From NCBI GenBank assembly GCA_947453445.1, contig CANGGP010000006.1, positions 15,999-79,998 on the forward strand: DNA of 64,000 bases. The letters run 5' to 3'. The DNA comes from Sphingobacteriaceae bacterium. Lineage in GTDB: Bacteria > Bacteroidota > Bacteroidia > B-17B0 > Aurantibacillaceae. The position numbers were made by a program, and so were the translations under genes. The notes below the pieces were generated by a model. That model was not told the origin of the DNA. It ran no database searches and worked only from the letters and a program-made list of their open reading frames with translations. This document shows positions 1 to 8,434 of the stretch, in pieces. Position 1 is the first letter of the stretch. Every line of letters starts with the position of its first letter.

Positions 1-1055
1 AACACTTTTCGTGGAGATTTATAATTACAAGTTACTTGGTCATTCTCTTTCACCTTCCGTATGCCTTCAAGTAAAATGTGATCTGTTGGCGATAATCCAT
101 CCTTAATCACATATAAATCGGGCATTTCAGCAGCTACACTAATTTCACGGGCATGAACACGTTTATCGCTATCAATGACATAAACATATTTTTTTTCCAG
201 AATTTCGAATGTTGATTTTTGAGGTATTAGCAGTGCATTTTTATACGCGATGGTCATTTGCACATTACCGGTTTCACCATGTCGCAATAAGGCTTCAGGG
301 TTTGGAAAAGTTGCCCGAAATGCGATATTGCCGGTTTCGTTATTAAAATCAGCTTCAATTGTTTTAACCGTTCCTGGATACTTAAACAATTGGTTGTTCG
401 CCATCAATAAATTTACCTTTATCAAATTCTCGTTGGTCACTTTAGCCTTGTAATTAAGATATTCGGTTTCAGGAACATTGAAGTAAACCCACATCTGGCT
501 GTTGTCAGACAATGTGGTTACTAAATCTCCCTCATTTAACATGCTTCCAAGTCTCACTTGAAAGTGATCCATGATGCCATCAAAGGGTGCTTTTATCTCC
601 GTGAATTGCAGATGGGTTTGGGCCAGCGACAATTCGGCCTCTGCCTTATCCAACTTGGCTTTTGCCAGTGCCAATTCATTTGGCGACACTACATTTTTGT
701 CGTACAGAAGTTTGGTGTTTTGGTATTCAATGTTTGCAAAATCGGCCTCAGCTTTGGCCTTTTGCGCTTCTGCCTTGTATATAAGGGGCATAATCTGAAA
801 CATCAATTGTCCCCTTTTTACACTTTGTCCTTCGTCAACATAAATGCTTTGCACGTATCCTTTTTCAAGGGCGCGTAATTCAATGTGTTGTATCGCCTTG
901 ATCTGACAAACGTAATTCCTTGTAACTATTGTATCAGCTAATAAAGCTGAAGTACTCACAAAATTCGTTTCGGTTTTTATTTCTTCCTTTTTTGGATTAC
1001 ATGCTGCAAATAAAAACACAGCAGATAAACTTAGAAAAACAATGGTTCTTCTCAT
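1..1055 (-). CDS. efflux RND transporter periplasmic adaptor (membrane fusion protein); C-terminus runs off the window start
   Basis: My reverse translation from the ATG at 1055 gives MRRTIVFLSLSAVFLFAACNPKK (lipoprotein-type signal), then IKAPFDGIMDHFQVRLGSMLNEGDLVTTLSDNSQMWVYFNVPE and GNIAFRATFPNPEALLRHGETGNV, which are typical MFP motifs. It is absent from the ORF track because it is open-ended. Confidence 0.8.
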   Translation of the reverse strand, partial: MRRTIVFLSLSAVFLFAACNPKKEEIKTETNFVSTSALLADTIVTRNYVCQIKAIQHIELRALEKGYVQSIYVDEGQSVKRGQLMFQIMPLIYKAEAQKAKAEADFANIEYQNTKLLYDKNVVSPNELALAKAKLDKAEAELSLAQTHLQFTEIKAPFDGIMDHFQVRLGSMLNEGDLVTTLSDNSQMWVYFNVPETEYLNYKAKVTNENLIKVNLLMANNQLFKYPGTVKTIEADFNNETGNIAFRATFPNPEALLRHGETGNVQMTIAYKNALLIPQKSTFEILEKKYVYVIDSDKRVHAREISVAAEMPDLYVIKDGLSPTDHILLEGIRKVKENDQVTCNYKSPRKV

Positions 1056-1146
1056 GGTTAGTTTTTTTATTAAATAATAGGTGATAAAATCCGGTGGACA
1101 CCGCGTACAATAAACCAGAAAATGCTTGCGAAGAAGCAGCGAATGC

Positions 1147-1593
1147 CTAAATTCTTAACACACGAAGGCGAATGAATTTTTTTTGCGAAAAAACAAATTC
1201 GCATTGGAATCTTATTATGTTTAGTGAACTATTCTTATAGATTGGGGCATTTGTAGCGGTTACTGTGTTGAATGCATAAAGTACCTTATGGGTTTCTTTT
1301 TTGCCTGCACTTTCATCTTCCGTTTCATTTTCAAATAGAGGCCAAAAATCAGGACAGTTATTTTTGCTTGGTGTAAAAAGTAAATTCAGCAAATGGTTGC
1401 TAGACTGATCGCGAATGTCTTCCGTGTGCAGTTGATGTGACTTTGATGCAGGTGAGATTGCTAAATTATTGGCTTTTGGCGCAGACATTGAAACGCAACA
1501 GAAGACAGCTGACAATAACAATTTTAAAAATAAGCCATTCCTCATCGGAGTATGCTTGTTCCTATCATTAAATAATTTGAATTGCTTCAACAT
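1147..1593 (-). CDS. hypothetical small secreted protein (start possibly at the internal Met, 1545)
   Basis: 148-aa ORF. The internal MRNGLFLKLLLSAVFCCVSMSAPKA resembles a signal peptide. I recognise no family. Confidence 0.3.
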   Translation of the reverse strand: MLKQFKLFNDRNKHTPMRNGLFLKLLLSAVFCCVSMSAPKANNLAISPASKSHQLHTEDIRDQSSNHLLNLLFTPSKNNCPDFWPLFENETEDESAGKKETHKVLYAFNTVTATNAPIYKNSSLNIIRFQCEFVFSQKKFIRLRVLRI

Positions 1594-2164
1594 TGTTAAG
1601 CGTTATTTGAGTGCAAATGTAGTTTTCGGAAAGGTTCTTAGCTTATATATATAATTTATCTCATCCATAAACTTTTTATATGCAAACAAGGATAAGGCAT
1701 GCGTACAAAGACTTGACAACTTAATTGACAAAGATGATTAAGAAAGATTCACTTCTTCACTTAACATTAATTAACCGGAGAATTTTGATTTATAGATTCG
1801 AAGAATTCGCGTAAAAAGATTTATTAAAAAGCCCCAAAATTGCTTCAATTAAAGTCAAGCGACAATGTATTGATTTCAAAATATTCAAAGGCCTGTTTCA
1901 AATTTAAATTAGGAAATCAATGTAACCAGAAATTTACAAAGTGAATTTTGTGAAAACCGGAAATAGTTTACTGAAATGATTCGTGAATTAACGAAAATTT
2001 AAATTTAGATGAATAATTCTAAAAGTCTTTTATAGCATGACAATTAAGGTATAATTTAAAAAATCGAGAACCAAGATTTAAATTTTAAATAGCAATTTAA
2101 TACCTGTGATTTTAGATGCATTCTGATTTGACGAAACAAGTCTGTATTTTGTGAAATTCGTCGA

Positions 2165-2185
2165 CATCATCATCATCATCATCAT
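2165..2185. repeat. (CAT)7 trinucleotide microsatellite, (ATG)7 on the minus strand
   Basis: Direct reading: gtcgaC ATCATCATCATCATCATCAT atg. It lies in a 660-bp ORF-free stretch downstream of the TetR gene. Confidence 0.95.
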
Positions 2186-2257
2186 ATGCATAAGTTGAGA
2201 TTAAAAAACACTTCAGTAATCATAAATAAAACCATTTATCAAAACGATGTTGTCTAC

Positions 2258-2938
2258 CTAATTTATAGCAATGGTTGAAAAAAGAAGTGTCAACAAAAAG
2301 TCAATTAACTTCTTATCATCCTGTTGCTTCGGAAAATCAGTCAAAGAAGGTAAGTTCTGTTTGAAAAAATTTTGTGAATGGGCAATTTCAATGATGGAGC
2401 TTGCCAAGGAATGTGGGTATTTGTACTTGGGATTATATTCTTTGATTAAAGCCGCGAAACTTTCACAAAGGTCTTTATAGGGCTTAAAAAGTCGGTCTTT
2501 ATTATCCTTTCCGATGTTACGGGTTAAATATGTTTTTGATCCTTCCCATATCACCAATTGATAAGCTTCTGTTTCGGTTAAGAAATCGTTTTGCTGCTGT
2601 GTTGGTTTGGGTTCTTCGGCAATGAGTTTAATGATGGTTTGTAATTTAATTTTTGGGTCGGTTACATTGTTCAAACCAATGAGTACTTTGTATTCAAGAA
2701 AACGCCAATACCAAGTAATGATGTAAACCAACAAGCGGTGTTTGTTCTCAAAATACCGATAAATACTGGCCTCTGTGGTATTTACTTCCTGTGCCAATTT
2801 TTTAAAAGTAAAATCTTCAAAACCAATTTTATTAATTAATAATAAGCCGTGCTTTACAATTTTTTTACCCAAAACCGAGTCTTCAGGATTTCGAAGAAAA
2901 AGCCGGTCATTCATTTTTATGCGCAAGTCCAAATCCAT
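2258..2938 (-). CDS. TetR/AcrR family transcriptional regulator
   Basis: N-terminal HTH region: GKKIVKHGLLLINKIGFEDFTFKKLAQEVNTTEASIYRYFENKHRLL. It is divergent from the exporter operon at 3047. Confidence 0.85.
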   Translation of the reverse strand: MDLDLRIKMNDRLFLRNPEDSVLGKKIVKHGLLLINKIGFEDFTFKKLAQEVNTTEASIYRYFENKHRLLVYIITWYWRFLEYKVLIGLNNVTDPKIKLQTIIKLIAEEPKPTQQQNDFLTETEAYQLVIWEGSKTYLTRNIGKDNKDRLFKPYKDLCESFAALIKEYNPKYKYPHSLASSIIEIAHSQNFFKQNLPSLTDFPKQQDDKKLIDFLLTLLFSTIAIN

Positions 2939-2990
2939 ATTCTCAATTTAAAGTACAAATATAATAAATAAATGCTAAACAATCATAAAT

Positions 2991-3005
2991 GATAGCTTTA
3001 CTATC
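2991..3005. promoter_or_regulatory. inverted repeat GATAG-N5-CTATC, candidate TetR operator
   Basis: Seen in the TetR/exporter divergent intergenic region, just upstream of the -7 box. The arms are short, so this is weak. Confidence 0.2.
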
Positions 3006-3022
3006 TTTGTAAATATTATTGC

Positions 3023-3030
3023 TATATTTG
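3023..3030 (+). promoter_or_regulatory. Bacteroidota -7 promoter box TATATTTG
   Basis: Matches the TAnnTTTG consensus, 16 nt upstream of the ATG at 3047. There is no clean TTTG -33 element at canonical spacing. Confidence 0.4.
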
Positions 3031-3046
3031 CAGAAACATTGAAACG

Positions 3047-5281
3047 ATGAAAAAATCTGCCTTACTTTTTAAATGGTTGTTTACCCAAAGGGCCATCATT
3101 TATAAAATATACTTATTGGCCCTTTTGCAAGGCGCCATGTATTTGGCCATTCCCTTAGGCATACAAGGCATCGTGACCTACATCATGGCCGGTAGTTTTT
3201 CGGCATCACTCATTTTATTGAGCTGCATAACCATTACCATTATTGTTTTTATTGCCTATTTTCAATTGTGGCAAATGCGCATCAACGAAACCTTAAACCA
3301 AAGCATCTTTGGTAATTTGACCTCAAAAGTGAATTTTCTTTTGAGTCGTTCAAGCGGATCGCAAGAGATGTTAACACAATTAAACAAATTTACCGAAGTG
3401 GTGATTTTGCAAAAAGGAATCAGTAAAATATTACTTGATTTTTCATTCTCAGTCATCAGTATCGTTTTTGGTTTATTTATTCTGCCTGCCTACAGCTCGT
3501 GGTTTTTTGTGTTCAGTATTGTTTTAAGTTTAAGTTTTTACTTTATCATTATTTATTATGGCAAAAAAGGCATCGACAGCAACATGGCTACTTCCAATCA
3601 AAAATACGACCTATTAGAATGGTTCCAAAAAAATGCCATTCATCCTCAAAAGGAATCAATCACAGCCGGTACCGACCATCATCTTGAAAAATATTTCACA
3701 GCGCGCAGCACCCACTTTTCAATTTTAGAAAAACAATTTAAAGGCATCATCATTTTCAAAATACTATTTATTGCGGCTCTTCTTTTTCTAGGCGCATTCT
3801 TGGTGCAAAGCGGTGATTTAAACATTGGCCAATTTATTGCCTCCGAAATCATCATCTTTCTTGTGATTAATGCGGTGGAAAAATTGGTGGGCAGCTTAAA
3901 CATTTGTTACGACATTGTTACAGCCTTGTATAAAATTGAAGGCATGTTCGAAGAGCAAAAAGACCTTTCTTTTATTTCAGAAGATACACTGCCACTTAAA
4001 AGCTTGGGTACAATATACAGCCACCCCTATTCCAAGAAAATTAAATTCTCATTATTGGCTTTGGGTTTTACTTTTCTTGTTATTTTATTCATGCCATGGA
4101 CGCAAAACATACGATCAACGGGCAAAGTAAGCACCTTAAACCCTGAAAACAGACCCCAAGAAATCAGTTCAAGAATAGCAGGACGTGTTGAAAAATGGTT
4201 TATTAAGGAAGGTGATTTTGTGCGTAAAAACGACACCATTGCCTTTATTTCTGAAATTAAAGACGAATATGTCGATCCGCAATTAATCAGTCGATCTGAG
4301 AAAATCATTCAATCAAAAGAAACCTCATTGTCATCTTATGAATCAAAGATAAGGGCTGTGAATTCTCAAATTGACGCCTTAAACAAAGCCTTGCTGCTGA
4401 AGATGGAACAAGCCAGAAATAAAATCCTCCAAAGCAAAATGAAAATTTTAACCGACAGCATTGATTGTCAGGTTGCCGCTAACAATTACAAAGTGGCCGA
4501 AGAACAATTAAAGCGTTATGATGATTTGATGGTGAAGGGTGTGATTTCAAAAACCGATTTAGAAAACCGTCGCGTTAAATTACAAGAAGCGCTTTCTAAA
4601 AAAACTTCGGCTGACAATAAATTTTTATCGGCAAAAAATGAATTGCTCAATGCTGAAATTGAATTAAACACCATACAGCAAGACTTCCAAGAGAAACTCA
4701 TGAAAGCGGAGTCGGATAAATTTTCGGCCTTGTCGCTTTTATATGAAGGCGAAGGATCATTAACCAAACTTCAAAACCAATTGGCCAATTACAGCATGCG
4801 TAAAGGATTTTATTATGTATTGGCGCCTCAGGATGGTAATATTGCCAAAACATATATTCAAGGTATTGGTGAAATTATTAAGGAAGGAACTGCACTTTGC
4901 GAAATTGTTCCAACACAAAATGAAAGAGCTGTTGAATTGTATGTAATGCCAATTGATTTGCCTTTGATTCAAAAAGGTCAGCGTGTGCAATTGCAATTCG
5001 ACGGCTGGCCTGCATTTGTTTTCTCGGGCTGGCCCGGTATCAGTTACGGCACTTATTCGGCAGAAATTGTGGCCTTCGACAGAACCGTTTCTGACAATGG
5101 TAAATTTAGGGTATTGGCGAAAAGTAGCGGTAAAGCATGGCCGGATGCCATTCAGCTGGGCAGTGGTGTGCAAGGATTTGCCCTCTTAAAAAATGTGCCT
5201 TTGATTTATGAATTGTGGCGAAAGGTAAATGGTTTTCCGCCTGAATATTATCAAACAAAAACCGAAACCAAATCGAAGTAA
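3047..5281 (+). CDS. fusion protein: ABC-exporter-type transmembrane domain (no ATPase domain) plus HlyD-family periplasmic adaptor
   Basis: Residues 1 to about 305 have six hydrophobic helices and an ABC type-1 exporter TMD pattern (LLALLQGAMYLAIPLGIQGIV; GDLNIGQFIASEIIIFLVINAVEKLVGSL). Then come a TM helix, the HlyD barrel/lipoyl motif (GRVEKWFIKEGDFVRKNDTIAFI), a long coiled coil and a C-terminal beta-barrel. Confidence 0.75.
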   Translation: MKKSALLFKWLFTQRAIIYKIYLLALLQGAMYLAIPLGIQGIVTYIMAGSFSASLILLSCITITIIVFIAYFQLWQMRINETLNQSIFGNLTSKVNFLLSRSSGSQEMLTQLNKFTEVVILQKGISKILLDFSFSVISIVFGLFILPAYSSWFFVFSIVLSLSFYFIIIYYGKKGIDSNMATSNQKYDLLEWFQKNAIHPQKESITAGTDHHLEKYFTARSTHFSILEKQFKGIIIFKILFIAALLFLGAFLVQSGDLNIGQFIASEIIIFLVINAVEKLVGSLNICYDIVTALYKIEGMFEEQKDLSFISEDTLPLKSLGTIYSHPYSKKIKFSLLALGFTFLVILFMPWTQNIRSTGKVSTLNPENRPQEISSRIAGRVEKWFIKEGDFVRKNDTIAFISEIKDEYVDPQLISRSEKIIQSKETSLSSYESKIRAVNSQIDALNKALLLKMEQARNKILQSKMKILTDSIDCQVAANNYKVAEEQLKRYDDLMVKGVISKTDLENRRVKLQEALSKKTSADNKFLSAKNELLNAEIELNTIQQDFQEKLMKAESDKFSALSLLYEGEGSLTKLQNQLANYSMRKGFYYVLAPQDGNIAKTYIQGIGEIIKEGTALCEIVPTQNERAVELYVMPIDLPLIQKGQRVQLQFDGWPAFVFSGWPGISYGTYSAEIVAFDRTVSDNGKFRVLAKSSGKAWPDAIQLGSGVQGFALLKNVPLIYELWRKVNGFPPEYYQTKTETKSK

Positions 5282-5292
5282 AATAAAAGTAT

Positions 5293-6687
5293 ATGTATAA
5301 ATTGTTTTTTTTCCTTCTTGTTGTAATTGCATCACAGGGTATTTCACAAAATACAGCATCAATTACTTACGATTTATTTTTATCGAATGTTTTGCAAAAC
5401 AATCCCCTTGCAAAAAGAGCAGAAAATGAAAAACAATATGGCGAAATGCAATTACGAGCGGCCAAAGGCAATTACGACCCGGTTTTGAGCGGTTCGTACG
5501 ACCAAAAACAATTTAATGGCACCAATTACTTTACCAATTTAAACAGTGAACTGAAGCAAGCCATTTTCACCTCACAATATTTAAAATTTGGTTATGACTA
5601 TGGCAATGGTAACTACATCAATCCCGAAAACAATTCGCTTGTACCCGGACAAGCCTATTTGGGCATAGAAGTAGGTTTATTACAAGGCATGCGCATTGAT
5701 AAACGGAGGGCCGAATTTTTAAAGTCGAAAGAATATGTCAACTACTATGAAGCTGAACAGCGCATTCAACTCAATGCCTTATTATTTGAATCCTCACAAA
5801 GGTATTTTGATTGGTTGTTTAATTTAAAACAATTGGCATTGAATCAATATTTTATGCAAATAGCCAAACAGCGATTAAATGGTATTGAGGCTCTGGCAGG
5901 GAGCGGCGAAAGACCAACGGTTGACACCATTGAAGCCGCTATATTTTACCAAGGCCGTTTATCGGATTTACAAAATGCGCTTATTGAAAACCAAAAAGTG
6001 AGTAATGATTTACTAGCCTTTAACTGGCAAAAGGATAGGGCTGCCGGTTTTAGTGAAAGCTTAAGCACAAACGACAGCTTGGATTTGTTTTTTAATAAAG
6101 CAAAAAAAATATTGACTGAGCAACTCTATCAAAATCAAACGACCAACCCTGTAATTACAAAATACAATTCGTTGCAAAAAGTTTTGGAAGTAGAGAATAG
6201 ACTTAAAAGAGAAATGATAAAACCCTTGTTAAATGTGAAGTACAATCTTTTGTCGAACAACGCTGTAACGGCATACCCCATGTTGTCGACCAACAATTAC
6301 AAAGTAGGCATGCAGTTATCTTTTCCTGTCTTTTTAAGAAATCCTTCAAATGCTTATAAAATGGCAAAAATTAATGCCAACAATAACCAATTAGAAGTAA
6401 TGAATAAATCAAACGAATTGTCGTTTAAAATACAGGCGCTCAAAAAAACAATGGGCATTTTAGCCGACCAGTTACAAAATGCCGAAAAAACGGCCAAGTA
6501 CAGCAAAATGCTTGAGGAGGCTGAAAAATTAAAATTCTTGAATGGCGAAAGCACTTTGTTTATGCTGAATACAAGAGAAAGTAAATGGTTGGAGTCGGAA
6601 ATAAAATTGGCGGAGTTTAAATTAAAATTTATCAAAACCTTGGTAAACCTCATTTATTTAAACGGTGATTTAAATTATGCCTTTTAA
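5293..6687 (+). CDS. TolC family outer-membrane efflux protein
   Basis: 464 aa with a signal peptide and a two-repeat helical/beta architecture typical of the OEP family. It starts 11 nt after the HlyD-fusion gene. Confidence 0.8.
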   Translation: MYKLFFFLLVVIASQGISQNTASITYDLFLSNVLQNNPLAKRAENEKQYGEMQLRAAKGNYDPVLSGSYDQKQFNGTNYFTNLNSELKQAIFTSQYLKFGYDYGNGNYINPENNSLVPGQAYLGIEVGLLQGMRIDKRRAEFLKSKEYVNYYEAEQRIQLNALLFESSQRYFDWLFNLKQLALNQYFMQIAKQRLNGIEALAGSGERPTVDTIEAAIFYQGRLSDLQNALIENQKVSNDLLAFNWQKDRAAGFSESLSTNDSLDLFFNKAKKILTEQLYQNQTTNPVITKYNSLQKVLEVENRLKREMIKPLLNVKYNLLSNNAVTAYPMLSTNNYKVGMQLSFPVFLRNPSNAYKMAKINANNNQLEVMNKSNELSFKIQALKKTMGILADQLQNAEKTAKYSKMLEEAEKLKFLNGESTLFMLNTRESKWLESEIKLAEFKLKFIKTLVNLIYLNGDLNYAF

Positions 6688-7191
6688 TCAATGATGATCT
6701 CTCACCAAACGAGCACCGTAAATAGAATAAATCTCTTCATTTGTTTGCAGTGAAATTAATTCACCACTTACAACCGATTTACGCAAATAAACTTTCAATT
6801 TTGATCCATCCTCAGCCACTTCAGCACCTTCCTCCATTCCTACATAATAATTGCACGAGAGATTTTTTATTTGAGCGACTTGCTCATAAATTACATTCAA
6901 CTCCGCTTCATTAGGCAAACGCCATCTTTCGCCCATTTTTAAGGCCTCCTCTTCGGCTTGCACCACATTCATAATGCCTAAATCTTTGTCCATAATATCT
7001 AATTGACCTATGGTACTGAATGTAATTTCCCCTTTATTATTTTCATCCTTACTTCGATGCGATTCTATGCCTGCCTTGTCGGCCATTGTGTCAATAGCCA
7101 TGGCAAGTTGCACTTCATTTGTTTTCTCGTTGCGACTGCATGCCATCAACATTAAACTAAAAAAAATAAATGCAATAGATTTCATAAGCAA
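6688..7191 (-). CDS. lipoprotein, possible DUF1566-like
   Basis: Lipobox in FFSLMLMACSRNEK. The WRLPNEAELNVIYEQ motif resembles the WRLPxxxEL signature of DUF1566. Confidence 0.55.
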   Translation of the reverse strand: MLMKSIAFIFFSLMLMACSRNEKTNEVQLAMAIDTMADKAGIESHRSKDENNKGEITFSTIGQLDIMDKDLGIMNVVQAEEEALKMGERWRLPNEAELNVIYEQVAQIKNLSCNYYVGMEEGAEVAEDGSKLKVYLRKSVVSGELISLQTNEEIYSIYGARLVRDHH

Positions 7192-7329
7192 TACTTTTAA
7201 TTAAATTAGACAAACTAGTTTCTCAAATTAAATTAAAAAATGATTGCGCAAACAAATTTTTCTTTTTTGAAAAATCTGACACAAAATGAAGGGAAAAATG
7301 TGAAAAGGGCTTAAATATTCGGATGGACT

Positions 7330-7707
7330 TTACTCCACCTCAATGTATTTAAAAGGCACTTCGGTCATTGATTCATAATCCTTGCCAACTTCCAACCACT
7401 CCTCATCATCTTGATCATAAATCCAATTAATATGGGTTTGGGCACCATTGTTCATCAAAACCTCGGTGTTTTTGAATAAATCCAATAAACACTTCGATGA
7501 ACTTGTATTAAAATATTCTAATTGTAAGGTGATTTCAAACTTTTTAGGATTTGTTTTACCAAAGGCTTCAACGGCATCCAAAAGATTTCTAAAGAATTCG
7601 ATTGTGTTTTCAGGAATACAACGCCCTTTCATTTCCAAAGTTCCTGCTTTTGGGTCGAGCAAGATAGAGGGTGTTTTGGCTGTGCCATGCACTAAATAAG
7701 CTTCCAT
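7330..7707 (-). CDS. DUF1987 / SiaC-like regulatory protein
   Basis: 125 aa. TPSILLDPKAGTLEMKGRCIPENTIEFF and LEYFNTSSSKCLLDLF match my recollection of the DUF1987 family. Confidence 0.65.
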   Translation of the reverse strand: MEAYLVHGTAKTPSILLDPKAGTLEMKGRCIPENTIEFFRNLLDAVEAFGKTNPKKFEITLQLEYFNTSSSKCLLDLFKNTEVLMNNGAQTHINWIYDQDDEEWLEVGKDYESMTEVPFKYIEVE

Positions 7708-7809
7708 AATCGTATCGCTTTATATTGTTATAAATATAAGGGCTTATAAAAATATTGTTTTTTTTCATTAATGCAAAGTGAAAAATTATACTTCTTTCAC
7801 TTTTTGCTA

Positions 7810-8268
7810 CTAAAGGGGATTAGAATGGTGAAAAACAGGGCTATTACTTATTTTTTTTGGTCGAATGCTTTGGTTTAGTCTTTTACGCATGTATTGCCAA
7901 TACGATTTGGTGTAATTTACAAAAACCTCTTCTCCTGCCATAATATTTCTTGATGCTACAATATAACAACGGTCTCCAAAAATAATATAATCGCTGTTGT
8001 TTTTGAGTCCTTTAACCCTTACAATGCCTGCAGCATCATTGGCGTAACGGGCCTTGTACTGTGGGGTGTGCATTGCATCGATGCACAAATCGGATCTTAA
8101 AAAAAACAAATATTGATCAACTTTATTGCGGGCTCTTCTGCGGTATTCGTTGTAGCCAATAATTTCGCCCCTGTACTCAATAATTTTACTGTCTTTTTTA
8201 ATGGCCTTGGTGGTAAACAAACCCTTCCCTGCTCCCGGTAATTTCGATTTTTTGACGATGAGTGCCAT
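7810..8268 (-). CDS. SET domain-containing protein (putative protein lysine methyltransferase)
   Basis: KSKLPGAGKGLFTTKAIKKDSKIIEYRGEII, RYANDAAG (in place of the RFxNHS motif) and GEEVFVNYTKSYW (ELxxDY-type post-SET tyrosine). Confidence 0.75.
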   Translation of the reverse strand: MALIVKKSKLPGAGKGLFTTKAIKKDSKIIEYRGEIIGYNEYRRRARNKVDQYLFFLRSDLCIDAMHTPQYKARYANDAAGIVRVKGLKNNSDYIIFGDRCYIVASRNIMAGEEVFVNYTKSYWQYMRKRLNQSIRPKKISNSPVFHHSNPL

Positions 8269-8434
8269 ATTTTAAGCATGCAATGATACTAAAATCAATT
8301 CGCATTTTTATTGATCTTGATTTAAAAGAATACAATCGCCTAAGGGTGCTTGGACATAGAAACGAATCATGCAAGCCTTGTTAATTATTGCTTGCGCGTT
8401 TTTTATTTACATTTATTCAATTTAATTAACAACC

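Noticed and set aside
2160-2188. GTCGAC-(CAT)7-ATG looks like SalI site, His-tag and NdeI site, suggesting a cloning-vector scar
   Set aside because: The flanking sequence bears no resemblance to the vector tag regions I know. The repeat is pure CAT with no CAC mix, is not in frame with any gene, and sits in native-looking AT-rich DNA. It is more simply a microsatellite.
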